From positions 190,960,001 through 191,024,000 of the forward strand of contig NC_042997.1 in NCBI RefSeq assembly GCF_006345805.1: DNA of 64,000 nucleotides. Direction: 5' to 3'. This stretch comes from Octopus sinensis (lineage: Eukaryota). Shown here in pieces: positions 57,001-64,000 of the stretch. The translations under genes were made by a program, and so were the position numbers. Numbering within the stretch: the first letter of the stretch is position 1; every line of letters starts with the position of its first letter. The notes beneath the pieces are model-generated. The model did no database searches. It saw only the letters and a program-made list of their open reading frames with translations, and had not been told where the DNA came from.

Positions 57001-59984
57001 CTCATGTGATCTTCCTTTGTTTTTTTTTCTGATTCTGACACCTCTAAACAGAAAACTTTGTTCAATCCTACTTACTAAAAAGCTTTGCTTTGCTACAATC
57101 TTTAAAGTGTCTCTGGAACATTGAACTGGTTGAGGTTTCTCTTTAGTGTAACCTAACTTCCTTGTTACATCTGCATTAACACTTGCTTGTTCTCTTCTGC
57201 TTAACTATTGCTAAATCTCAACTTGATGTCATAAACCATTCCCAGACCCCAACAATATTTCTGAATGATATCATCTCCTCATCACTGTTCTCTCACAACA
57301 AAATTCTTACCTGTTGCAATTCCTCAAGATTTTGGTATCTAATTCCATCACAATATTTCTGTTAGAAAAAATAATTCAAATATTGTGGGCTTCTCAAACT
57401 TCCTGCTGAAGTGAGATAGTTCTGTCATCATCACTTCATTTTTTGTTTTAAAAAATCCCTGAAAGCATTGAAGAAGCATCTATAACTTGCAGTAAGCAAC
57501 GTTTATTAAAATAAAAGTATTCAGAACACAGAATAACATGTAGCAAAAACAATTTCCAAACATATTTACATTCCCATATAACAGTTAAGAACATCACCAT
57601 TTCAATCCCACTACAGGGCACAATTCACTAACATTTTGACTAATATTGAAACCTCTTCTTAATAATTCTGCAGTATATTGGACAAACCCTAACACTCAAC
57701 TCCTACGGATTATTTTCTTTATTCAAAGCTAATATTCAAAAACTAAAATATAATGCAAAGATCTATTTTCTAATTAGGCTGATTCTTTTACTTGCATTTT
57801 TTAAAAATATAACTATTATCACTGACTAACTGAGAAGTAATTCTAATTGAAATGAAGAGATGTCTAATTTTCTGTTGTTGTTTATTTTCCATCTCTATCT
57901 AATTTTCCAGTTTTTGGAGAACACTTATTAATCTAAAACAAAATATGTTACTTTAACCCTTTTGTTACTATATTTCTGTTGAGATGTTCTATGTTTCTTT
58001 CAATTAATTTTAAATATAACAAAGAATTTAGTAAAATAACTTAGTTATCATTGAGCTAGTGTTAAGAACATAAATTGTGACTAAGGTTTGGAAGATTTTG
58101 ATTCCGAAATTTTGAAAACAAAACATTTGTACTACAGAGAATAATTCAGCAAACAATACAAGTCAAATAGACTTCTTTGGGATCTTTACCTTTTGACCGA
58201 CAGATATAAAAAATAATTTTTTGTAACTAAACACTTTCAAACTTCATATACTGGTAGAATGTGTTGCATAAAACATCTTTAACTCTTGGTGTTGTTGAGA
58301 AAATTCTGTATTTTTGGAAGTTATTTTTTGATAAAGTTGTCATATTTTGGTAATTTCAACCAATCAATGATGTGTATTCAGTTGAATAAAATTACTGCTG
58401 TTGTTTGTCAACAACAACTTCCGGTGGTGTATTTTTCGTTTGTCACTGTTATTTATGACATATTTAATCTCAGTTACATTTGTATGAATAAACGAATGTA
58501 TCTGAAGCATGTTTACTTCATGGCACCATCATAATTGTTCGTGCTTCATTTTTCATTTTTTCCCATAACTCTAACCCTAAAACCTTAAAGCTAAAACCAG
58601 TACAAATGCACGAACAATGTCATAAATAACAATGAAAAACGAAATATACACCGCCGATAGTTGCTGTTGACAAATAACAGCAGTAATTTTATTCAACTGA
58701 ATACACGTCATTGATTGGTTGAATTACCGAAATATGACAACTTTAACAAAAAATAACTTCCAAAATACAGAATTTTCTCAACAACACTAAGAGTAAAAAG
58801 TGTTTTATGTGACACATTCTACAAGTATACGAAGTTTGAAAGTGTTTAGTTACAAAAAATTATTTTTTAAATCTGTCGGTCAAAAAGTAAAGATCCTTTC
58901 TTTGTATTGATAGAATTGACTCCCTATCCATTATTTCAAGTTTGTTGCCAAAGAGACATTCATCAGATAGTACAGCAACATCAAAAACTTGAAGTAATGG
59001 AACAGTAGTAAACTCTTTGACAATAAAAAGTAACATATTTACTACAGTAAATCTTCGAGTATAATCCGCATTTTTTTCCCAAAATTTAAAGGTCAAAATC
59101 TCTAGTGCGTACTATATACGAGGTTAAAAATGAAAAATATTTTCTAAGCAATGTCCGAGTCTCTATTTGCTGTCCGGCAATGTTTATTCAGACACATTTT
59201 GTGATGTCGGGCACGAAAATACCATAAGCTAAGCCTGAAAGCAATGAAGAAGCATCTATAACTTGCAGTAAGCAATGTTTATTAAAATAAAAGTATTCAG
59301 AACACAGAATAACATATAGCAAAAACAATTTGCAAACATATTTACATTCCCATATAACAGTTAAGAACATCACCATTATTGTATTATGCATGTGCGGAAG
59401 TGTTTGTTCAACTAGGTGCTGCTGGCTTAATTATGTACGACATATTATACATAAGGTTTAGGTTTTTCAGTGGTACAACCCCCTAAAAATCCCCTGCATA
59501 TTATACTCAAGGGCGGACTATACTCTAGGATTTACGGTACCTCTGTTGAGTACTCTTTACTTTGTTCATATTTACTACAGGCAAACATATATGCATGCTA
59601 GTTGTCTATGTAAGCGAAATATGTACAAAATAAACATCTGATTGGACAACCATACTAAACAGTTATTTACTTGCAGACTTACAACGAATACCAGTGAAGA
59701 GTTTTCAACAGAAGACTCCTCCAGTACCACTTCTGCAAACAAGAGGTCCAGCAACTCTAGTTTAAAAACAACAGATTCTATGGAAGTAAGTGACAAAATT
59801 TACTTCTCCTTTTTTTTTTCCCTTAATTTTTTTTTATATATATATATATTGGTTCTTGTTAATACCATTACAACATTTCTACAATTTTTTTTTTTTTTTG
59901 TAGGACATAAGGCCACAAGGACCTCCTCCTTTATTCGGCTCTGATGATGATGATGACGATTATAATCGGGACCTGTTTGATTAA
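8966..59984 (+). CDS. FKBP15: FK506-binding protein 15 orthologue, 5'-partial multi-exon gene (22 coding exons in window, 945 aa)
   Basis: All introns are GT-AG with matching phases, and the summed exon length of 2838 nt is divisible by 3. The peptide order matches FKBP15 as I recall it: FKBP C-half, [58 protein letters not shown] and a terminal PPPLFG-acidic tail. Confidence 0.93.
9253..9838 (-). mobile_element. SINE family B, head-to-tail trimer
   Basis: Junctions gacgaaatacc|tatttcttt at 9435/9436 and 9605/9606. Confidence 0.9.
10025..10352 (+). mobile_element. Retroposon family C (RTE-like tail ending in (GAT)n, internal 40-60 bp tandem units)
   Basis: Tail ggcgttaggaagggcatccag...cccatgctagcatggaaa...gatgatg. 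Other copies about: 8173-8430(-), 12501-12792(+), 13940-14112(+), 26387-26880(-), 29757-30053(-), 31490-31868(+), 34008-34270(-), 36150-36517(+), 41337-41870, 42752-42935(+, nested in family A), 43957-44330(-), 44572-44683(+), 46195-46590(+), 49717-50030(-), 50838-50953(+), 55056-55530(-). Confidence 0.85.
10532..10690 (+). CDS. FKBP15: FKBP15 exon b
   Basis: tacag|GTA...CAG|gtaatt, 159 nt, phase 0-0; VKLSKSEE...[13 protein letters not shown]. Confidence 0.9.
10972..11200 (-). mobile_element. Retroposon family C copy (antisense)
   Basis: Reverse complement of about 10140-10352. Confidence 0.85.
11485..11810 (-). mobile_element. SINE family D (body 2, tail alpha)
   Basis: Body ttgagcaagacactttatttcacattgctccagtcc; tail as in 27340. 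Confidence 0.8.
11861..11983 (+). CDS. FKBP15: FKBP15 exon c
   Basis: ttccag|TCT...CTG|gtaagt; [22 protein letters not shown] (conserved FKBP15 motif). Confidence 0.93.
12023..12243 (-). mobile_element. SINE family B monomer
   Basis: 18-bp TSD ttggcatttaatccttta (12005-12022, 12244-12261). Other monomers or parts about: 16945-17175(-), 24055-24200(+), 27900-28120(+), 32617-32846(-), 35740-36063(-). Confidence 0.9.
13378..13618 (-). mobile_element. SINE family D (body 2, tail beta)
   Basis: Body 2 plus a tail shared with 61068. Body 2 with a further tail occurs at about 25880-26170 and 32960-33250 (+). Confidence 0.8.
14643..15030 (+). mobile_element. SINE family A copy
   Basis: Full head ggcgtaggagtggctgtgtgg through to the tail. 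Confidence 0.9.
15075..16100 (-). mobile_element. Degenerate RTE-clade LINE 3' portion
   Basis: Remnants VDSFxYLG, RVRKVWE..RELLPLL, KGRVY, AMLx[14 protein letters not shown]; the 5' extent is uncertain. Confidence 0.6.
17740..18544. repeat. Long inverted repeat (arms of about 365 bp, spacer of about 70 bp)
   Basis: 17740-18104 is the reverse complement of 18174-18544 with scattered mismatches. Confidence 0.9.
19852..20560. repeat. Large CT-rich tract with an interspersed repeated motif
   Basis: (CT)n/(CTTT)n with six copies of about tctcgtgtatatcttttcacatc. Confidence 0.9.
20594..20729 (+). CDS. FKBP15: FKBP15 exon d (Pro/Ser-rich)
   Basis: ttgcag|TCT...CAAG|gtaaat, phase 0-1. Confidence 0.8.
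22318..22409 (+). CDS. FKBP15: FKBP15 exon e (Gln/Pro-rich)
   Basis: tttcag|CT...CAG|gttgtt, phase 1-0; [30 protein letters not shown]. Confidence 0.75.
22455..22964. mobile_element. Tc2/pogo-like MITE with TA TSD
   Basis: TIR cc(a/g)taaatc(c/t)tcgagtata.tccgc, TA flanks; partial copy at about 57466-57600. Confidence 0.8.
25437..25835. repeat. Two family C tails in tail-to-tail inverted orientation
   Basis: 25437-25600 (+) and 25613-25835 (-), separated by a short AT spacer. Confidence 0.85.
27162..27249 (+). CDS. FKBP15: FKBP15 exon f
   Basis: atttag|GTG...CCGG|gtaagc, phase 0-1; [29 protein letters not shown]. Confidence 0.8.
27340..27718 (-). mobile_element. SINE family D (body 1, tail alpha)
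   Basis: A and B boxes in the head; flanking aaggcttgact duplication. Confidence 0.85.
29159..29512. mobile_element. GGATC-ended MITE, long TIRs, 8-bp TSD
   Basis: TIRs of about 130 bp; TSD cttttttc / tttttttc. Confidence 0.8.
29578..29699 (+). CDS. FKBP15: FKBP15 exon g
   Basis: ttctag|TA...AAA|gtaagt, phase 1-0; [29 protein letters not shown]. Confidence 0.92.
30063..30282. mobile_element. piggyBac-like MITE (TTAA TSD)
   Basis: TTAA|ccctttcattac ... gtaatgaaaggg|TTAA; truncated copy at about 57955-58140. Confidence 0.8.
30426..30646. mobile_element. piggyBac-like MITE, second family
   Basis: TTAA|ccctttagcatt ... aatgctaaaggg; relatives at about 12255-12480 and 26363-27085 (the latter split by a family C insertion). 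Confidence 0.75.
30913..31002 (+). CDS. FKBP15: FKBP15 exon h
   Basis: tttcag|TTG...CAG|gtaaat; [15 protein letters not shown]. Confidence 0.92.
31252..31346 (+). CDS. FKBP15: FKBP15 exon i (coiled coil start)
   Basis: taaag|GAA...AA|gtaagt, phase 0-2; [31 protein letters not shown]. Confidence 0.92.
34857..34959 (+). CDS. FKBP15: FKBP15 exon j
   Basis: catcag|G...AAA|gtaaga, phase 2-0; [34 protein letters not shown]. Confidence 0.92.
35060..35231 (+). CDS. FKBP15: FKBP15 exon k
   Basis: ccatag|GCT...GAAG|gtaaaa, phase 0-1; [19 protein letters not shown]... Confidence 0.9.
36653..36789 (+). CDS. FKBP15: FKBP15 exon l
   Basis: cgacag|AG...AAG|gtgagt, phase 1-0; [34 protein letters not shown]. 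Confidence 0.9.
36904..37405. mobile_element. Possible piggyBac-like MITE
   Basis: ccccttga ... tcaagggg|TTAA; only 8-bp TIRs and the left TTAA is imperfect. Confidence 0.4.
37446..38719 (-). mobile_element. Full-length mariner (DD34D, irritans/Himar1-like) DNA transposon
   Basis: Perfect 24-bp TIRs (cgaggggcgttcaataagtaatgc) at 37446-37469 and 38696-38719, with TA on both sides; 1274 bp. Confidence 0.95.
37506..38556 (-). pseudogene. Mariner transposase with two 1-bp frameshifts (about 38365 and 37571)
   Basis: [17 protein letters not shown]...RSGRP, WIPR, TQDETW, DNAP and [12 protein letters not shown] motifs; 34 residues between the 2nd and 3rd Asp; the C-terminus [17 protein letters not shown] lies in a shifted frame. 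Confidence 0.92.
39018..39397 (+). mobile_element. SINE family A copy
   Basis: Full-length match to the family. Confidence 0.9.
39499..39582 (+). CDS. FKBP15: FKBP15 exon m
   Basis: tcacag|AAT...GAG|gtgagg; [28 protein letters not shown]. Confidence 0.92.
39826..40420 (-). mobile_element. CR1-clade LINE 3' fragment
   Basis: NTRRHVYKV...[18 protein letters not shown]...FK, the typical CR1 ORF2 C-terminus. Confidence 0.8.
40751..40816 (+). CDS. FKBP15: FKBP15 exon n
   Basis: ttttag|ACA...CAG|gtaagt; [22 protein letters not shown]. Confidence 0.85.
40860..41317 (-). mobile_element. Penelope-like terminal-repeat fragment, interrupted by a 304-bp insertion
   Basis: The minus strand carries cctgatgaaggctg...cagcc(a)aaatgttg, the hammerhead-bearing motif typical of PLE terminal repeats; 14-bp duplication around the insert. 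Confidence 0.55.
41226..41270 (-). ncRNA. Degenerate minimal type-I hammerhead ribozyme motif
   Basis: gacac-CTGATGA-A-ggctg/cagcc-AAAA-TG-TT-gagtt; the core GAAA appears mutated to AAAA. Confidence 0.5.
42008..42160 (+). CDS. FKBP15: FKBP15 exon o
   Basis: atttag|ACA...AAA|gttggt; an alternative in-frame acceptor at 42017 is possible; [13 protein letters not shown]... Confidence 0.82.
45028..45120 (+). CDS. FKBP15: FKBP15 exon p
   Basis: tttcag|ATT...AAG|gtagtc; [31 protein letters not shown]. Confidence 0.87.
45314..45685 (-). mobile_element. SINE family D (body 1, tail gamma, (CAAA)n end)
   Basis: 13-bp TSD tgctgttgatgtt (45301-45313, 45686-45698). Confidence 0.85.
47110..47256 (+). CDS. 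FKBP15: FKBP15 exon q
   Basis: tttcag|TAT...GAG|gtaggt; [25 protein letters not shown]... Confidence 0.9.
47438..47669 (+). mobile_element. SINE family B monomer
   Basis: 15-bp TSD agggtatgatttaag (47423-47437, 47670-47684). Confidence 0.9.
48110..48405 (+). mobile_element. Degenerate mariner 3' fragment
   Basis: [14 protein letters not shown]...FQKWQ...CIAVQGD resembles a transposase C-terminus; TIR-like ttgatactacct near 48390. Confidence 0.7.
48767..48874 (+). CDS. FKBP15: FKBP15 exon r
   Basis: tttcag|GTG...AAG|gtaata; [36 protein letters not shown]. Confidence 0.92.
49264..49567 (+). mobile_element. CR1/L2-clade LINE 3' end with (TTTAAGGA)n tail
   Basis: [15 protein letters not shown]...[16 protein letters not shown]...AASNSLVDQ; 3' stem-loop shared with SINE family A. 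Confidence 0.8.
50040..50830 (+). mobile_element. Degenerate RTE-clade LINE fragment
   Basis: Remnant ...[17 protein letters not shown], similar to the RTE RT C-terminal region. Confidence 0.45.
51008..51176 (+). CDS. FKBP15: FKBP15 exon s (acidic)
   Basis: ctacag|TCA...CCAG|gtaaag, phase 0-1; [13 protein letters not shown]... Confidence 0.88.
51962..52380 (-). mobile_element. Second copy of the same CR1-clade 3' end with (TTA)n tail
   Basis: Near-identical to 39826-40220; (TAA)n at 51962-51989. Confidence 0.8.
52738..53250 (-). mobile_element. 5'-truncated LINE 3' end (probably L1/Tx1) inserted in a SINE
   Basis: 16-bp TSD cagaagtaagctactt (52722-52737 and 53251-53266); AATAAA-like 3' end; the ORF remnant [11 protein letters not shown]...VAANV resembles an ORF2 C-terminus. 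Confidence 0.65.
53387..53827 (+). mobile_element. Family C copy with a regular 61-bp tandem array
   Basis: Unit starts at 53392, 53453, 53514, 53575, 53638. Confidence 0.88.
55874..56308. mobile_element. GGATC-ended MITE with internal TTAGGG-like repeats
   Basis: Perfect 8-bp TSD gatttagt (55866-55873, 56309-56316). Confidence 0.8.
56528..56894 (+). CDS. FKBP15: FKBP15 exon t (long, acidic, low complexity)
   Basis: ttttag|AA...ATCAC|gtaagg, phase 1-2; the frame is open throughout and both phases fit the neighbouring exons. Confidence 0.8.
58180..58896. mobile_element. GGATC-ended MITE with TIRs of about 245 bp
   Basis: Long inverted arms; TSD cttctttg / tttctttg; CCCTAA-like core near 58574. 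Confidence 0.85.
59045..59537. mobile_element. Second copy of the Tc2/pogo-like MITE
   Basis: Collinear with 22455-22964; TA flanks. Confidence 0.8.
59677..59785 (+). CDS. FKBP15: FKBP15 exon u
   Basis: ttgcag|A...GAA|gtaagt, phase 2-0; [16 protein letters not shown]...DSME. Confidence 0.82.
59904..59984 (+). CDS. FKBP15: FKBP15 terminal coding exon
   Basis: ttgtag|GAC...GAT TAA; [26 protein letters not shown]. Confidence 0.9.
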   Translation, partial: DIRPQGPPPLFGSDDDDDDYNRDLFD

Positions 59985-60744
59985 CTTTCTGATCATTGTT
60001 ACAGCAATACAATAGTGATATCTTTTTAACATATATATATATATAAATTTTATGATTTGATATCTAATATTACCATTAAAGTATTTCTTATCAAAGTTTT
60101 TACAGGGTTGTTATTTTTTATCTTTTGTGAATGTGAAATGGAGACCAATGCTTGTGTTGGAAAATACTAGAAAAAATAGACCTTTCTACATAAGAAAGTA
60201 GGGAAAGTTTGGGTAAAAGAATAATTCAGATCTAATTTCACCTTGACAATGAATACCTTACTGTAAAAATTATGCATGAACCAACAATGTAAAACCACCA
60301 TATTCCTTGAGTACACTATTGATTTTCTTTTTCAGTTTAACAAACTAAATTTTAGTGTTATTAGAGGATGTGACTGACACAAATCTGTTATAATCAAGAT
60401 AACAAAGTTGATGAAAACACAGCTAGGGTCATGATGAATGTCCTCCTAAAATTGGAGCAACGTGCATGCAAATTTGTGGACATGCATAAATTACATTCAC
60501 TTACACACACATATCTTGCCTTTTATATATACAGATATATATGAGGGAAAAACTCAGATCTTGTGATTTTTCCAAGGTCCTCTCTCCACCCTCCCGTTGC
60601 TTTGTGCGAATTTTTTTGTTTTTTTCATATTCATTTCATACACATTTTTTTACACCATTTGCACTATTTTTTCTGATTTTCAAATAAATATATAGTGCGT
60701 GTGTTTATTTGGCAAAAAAAAAAGGATCATCCCAAAATACAACA

Positions 60745-60791
<47 letters not shown>

Positions 60792-61067
60792 TCCCACCCA
60801 CCATCACTGCTTGACAAAAGGTGTTGGTGTTTACGTCCCTTGAGACCGATAGGATAAGTATTGATACTAGGCTTCAAAAGATAAGCCCTGGCGTGGATTT
60901 GTTCGATTAAAACATTTCATGACTCTTTACTGACACACACATGACATACATAGATATAATTATAGATCTTATATTGATTGTAATAATAGAATAAGCAGCT
61001 GTGCTTCAAGAGAAAACAGCTCATCATGTATGTGAGGTGTGCATATATATATATATATATTGTCGCC

Positions 61068-61344
61068 TTTTTCAAGCTTAGCCAGGCTCATGGGCCCTGT
61101 TTCCCGGTTTCTGTGGCATATGTGTACCCCCCAGTCCATCGCGGCGTCACTCAAAATGTAGGAAGAGAGAGTGAGAGAAAGTTGTGGCGAGAGTACAACA
61201 GGGGTCGCCACCAACCCCTGCCAGAACTTCGTGGAGCTTTTAGGTGTTTTCGCTCAATAAATACACACAACGCCCGGTCTGGTAATCGAAATCGCGATCC
61301 TCCAACTGCGAGTCCGCTACCCTAACCACTGGGCCATTGCGCCT

Positions 61345-61348
<4 letters not shown>
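61068..61348 (-). mobile_element. SINE family D (body 1, tail beta)
   Basis: Head identical to the 27718 copy; tail shared with the 13378 copy. Confidence 0.8.
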
Positions 61349-61390
<42 letters not shown>

Positions 61391-62436
61391 GTATTTTTTT
61401 TTTTTCAACACAAACCTCCCCGTTTCGGCTGCAAAAAATTTGGCAAAAATCGACATTTCTAAATTACGCCCCATTTTCTTTTTTCCACTTTTTTCAGAAT
61501 TTTTTTTTTTTTCTAACAAAATATGTAAAAATTATGATTCTGAAAAAATTTCCAAAAATTTTTGTAAAGTTTTTTTTTAAGGTTTTTTTTTTTTTCCTAA
61601 ATATGCGGGAAAATATGGATATTATGATTTGGACAAAAATTTCAAAACATTTCTGTACTTATGGTTACAGTTTTAGGGTTAGGGTTAGGGTTAAGGAAAA
61701 AGGTCAAAATTGAAGAAGTTGGGGAGTTTTCACAATGCCGATATTTGGTAATTTTCTGGAACTTCCGTATCTGAAAACGGGGATTTTTGGCAAAGAAAAA
61801 ATTTTTTAAATAAACAAATTTGGGGGAAAATGTGGGGACGGACGGAAGTGTTTCCCAGATTTTTATTCAGCAACATACTTTTACAGGAAGAAAAAGAAAT
61901 AAAAAAAACATTAAAAGTATATAAAGTATGATAATCGAGATTAAAAAAACTGAACTACCTCACCCAGGAAACAAAGACAAAGTGGGGTTAGCTACAGAAG
62001 ATAGTGAGGTGGGTAACAAGTAACAGCTTGTACACCCCACACCAAATGGTATGTTCAGCAGCACCTTGTGGACATGACCGCAGAGAATGGCTAGCGATAC
62101 TTGATGCAACAGCTATCCCGGATCAAATTTAACAATTAATGTCATCGTAACTTCAATGTTCATGTACAACAGAAAGGATATTATCATTATTGTCAAGTTA
62201 AAGGTGTAATAAAAAAAAACACTCCCAGATATACTTGTAAACACCAATCTTTGATCATGGGCTGCGTGAGCAGTCATCCGAAAAGTTGCGCAAAGAAAAC
62301 AAAAATATAAAACATTAAATTTAAAAACATACTGAGCTCTTAACTGTTTACTCAATTCCAAGAATTTTATTCATAATTTCAAGGAAAGATCAGTAATCGA
62401 TAGATTTTCTGCCCCCCCCCCCACACACACACAATC

Positions 62437-62485
62437 TCTCTATTTCAGTCTCTCTTTCGCTGTCGCTCTTTCTCTCTTTCTCTTT

Positions 62486-62516
<31 letters not shown>

Positions 62517-62593
62517 GTTCGCTGCCTCTTTCTCTCACTCGCTGTCTCTCTCTCGTTCGCTGTCTATCTGTATCTCTCTCTCTCTCTCTCTCT
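62437..62593. repeat. (CT)n-rich microsatellite abutting the LINE 5' end
   Basis: Pure (CT)n run ends at 62593. Confidence 0.9.
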
Positions 62594-64000
62594 GATAGGT
62601 CATGTTATTCTTTGCTCCGCAGTGAAAGATTGTTTTTGTGCTGAAAAGTTTGAAAATTTGCTGTTTTGGTCGTCGAGGCCACTTCTTTTCTGCTGTTGCA
62701 GCAGAGTTCTGCTGTTCTTTCCCCCTTGTTTCAAGGGAGAAGCGACGAAAAACATGAATTTGCCACCAATCTCCTCCGAGTTGGAGGAAAACGTTGAAAA
62801 TTTGTTTGAAGGCATGAAGGCGAAAATGCGGGAGAAGGAAGGTAAAAGTAAAGAGACGTCTCAGGCGCTCGTTACAAAAGCAGACGACAATATGTCTAGC
62901 GAAGCTACTACACAACAGGAAAAGTCAAAAATAAATTTTGCGAGTGCAGCAACTAGCCCCTGTGAAAACATCGTTATTAACAAAGAAGGATTAAAGAAGT
63001 ACCAAAGTTTATTAAAAAAAGAAGGTGATAATGTGAAGTTGTTCCCTCCCAGTGAATTAATTTATGCGACGGAGAGAAAAACTGTCATATACAAGACATA
63101 TAATGTGAAAGATAAGAAAATTGACTTCGTGCAGAGAGAAGCCATATAAAAATGTTTGAGGCCGATATAGCAACAAACTACTTATATAACGAGGGGTAGT
63201 CGCTTCGGCACGGTAGAGGTGCGTTTCCCTAGCGAAGAAAAAGCTAGGGAACATTCAACAAGAACGTTGAAGTCGGAAGATGTAGTTCTCCTACCTTTTT
63301 ATTTAGGAATGAGAACATCCAGAATAACGGTCACAGACATTCCTCCCGAAATAGATGTGGACTTTATCATAGCAGCGATTCTCTTAGGCAAAGAGGAAGA
63401 ACTTGCCATTCTTCAGTCTAAGAGATATCGCCACATGAACTGGTATGGACAAGACTTAGAGCTACGAGAAATACGTTTCTCCCTGTCGACCTGGAGGGGG
63501 CGGAGGAGTGGCAGTGCTGGTCAGGAAAAACCTGGATTTAGAGATTAGAACTGTCTTTATAGATCCGGAAGGCAGGTTGGTCGTTTTGGATGTGACGCAC
63601 AGCAGTGGTAAAGTGTTCAGGCTGGTCGCTGTCTATGCTCCCTGCGAAGGAAAAGCCGGGCAGAAAGAGTATTTCAAAAGCCTAGAGAATTTTCATGGCA
63701 CGTCGAACACGTTAGTATTGCTAGGTGACTTCAACATAATTTGCGATGCAAGCGTAGATTATGTTGGCTCGAGAAAGAATAGGAGGGGATTACCTCACCT
63801 CAACGATATGCTAAGTCGTTTCGAATTGGCAGATAGATTCAGACTGGGCCACCCAGACATTCCAGCGTGGACCTGGGCAAGAAACGACGGGTCGTCCAGA
63901 TCTTACATTGATAGAATCATAACTAGAAGGAAAGATAAGAAAATACTTAGCTGTCCACAACACCATATCGTCAGCTACAGCGATCTCAAATTAGTGACCT
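62594..64000 (+). mobile_element. Tx1/L1-clade non-LTR retrotransposon, 5' part, runs off window; inactivated
   Basis: 5' UTR followed by an ORF1-like frame from ATG 62754 with in-frame stops at 63147 and 63168, then an open AP-endonuclease frame. Confidence 0.85.
63460..63999 (+). pseudogene. APE-type endonuclease of LINE ORF2 (N-terminus missing)
   Basis: Own translation: GGVAVLV...VYAP...LLGDFN...WTW...SYIDRI...SDL (usual SDH His replaced by Leu); no ATG, so absent from the ORF track. Confidence 0.88.

Noticed and set aside
59941-59960. (GAT)n in the last exon as a captured family C SINE tail
   Set aside because: No adjacent family C sequence; it encodes the poly-Asp tract expected at the FKBP15 C-terminus.
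61670-61700. Telomere or chromosome-fusion site from TTAGGG repeats
   Set aside because: Only 2-4 degenerate units, embedded in dispersed repeats.
62040-62150. Short frame REWLAILDATAIPDQI* downstream of the gene
   Set aside because: Too short, no clear splice sites, no family I can name.

Overview
AT-rich, repeat-dense eukaryotic genomic DNA. The SINE families are those typical of Octopus/coleoid cephalopods, so the taxon is inferred. The backbone is a + strand FKBP15 (FKBP133/WAFL) orthologue. I traced 22 GT-AG exons from 8966 to the stop at 59984, with consistent phases and 2838 nt (945 aa + stop). They encode the end of the FKBP domain, a Pro/Gln-rich linker, a long coiled coil, an acidic region and a terminal LF-acidic-DLF motif. 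The 5' exons were not found and probably lie upstream of the window. The introns hold about 60 copies of four retroposon families. They also hold a nearly intact irritans-type mariner, several MITE families (piggyBac-like, Tc2/pogo-like, 8-bp-TSD GGATC family), Helentron-like elements, CR1/RTE/L1 LINE fragments, a Penelope-like fragment with a degenerate hammerhead core and several long fold-back structures. Downstream of the gene a Tx1/L1-clade LINE starts directly after a (CT)n tract and runs off the window. The most unusual observations are: head-to-tail SINE multimers with an identical junction in the loop of the tRNA-like head; combinatorial head/tail swapping among tRNA-SINEs; an 800-bp intronic fold-back; and the retromer/SNX27-type C-terminal motif of the protein. 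Repeat boundaries were read by eye and are approximate unless a TSD or TIR is quoted.
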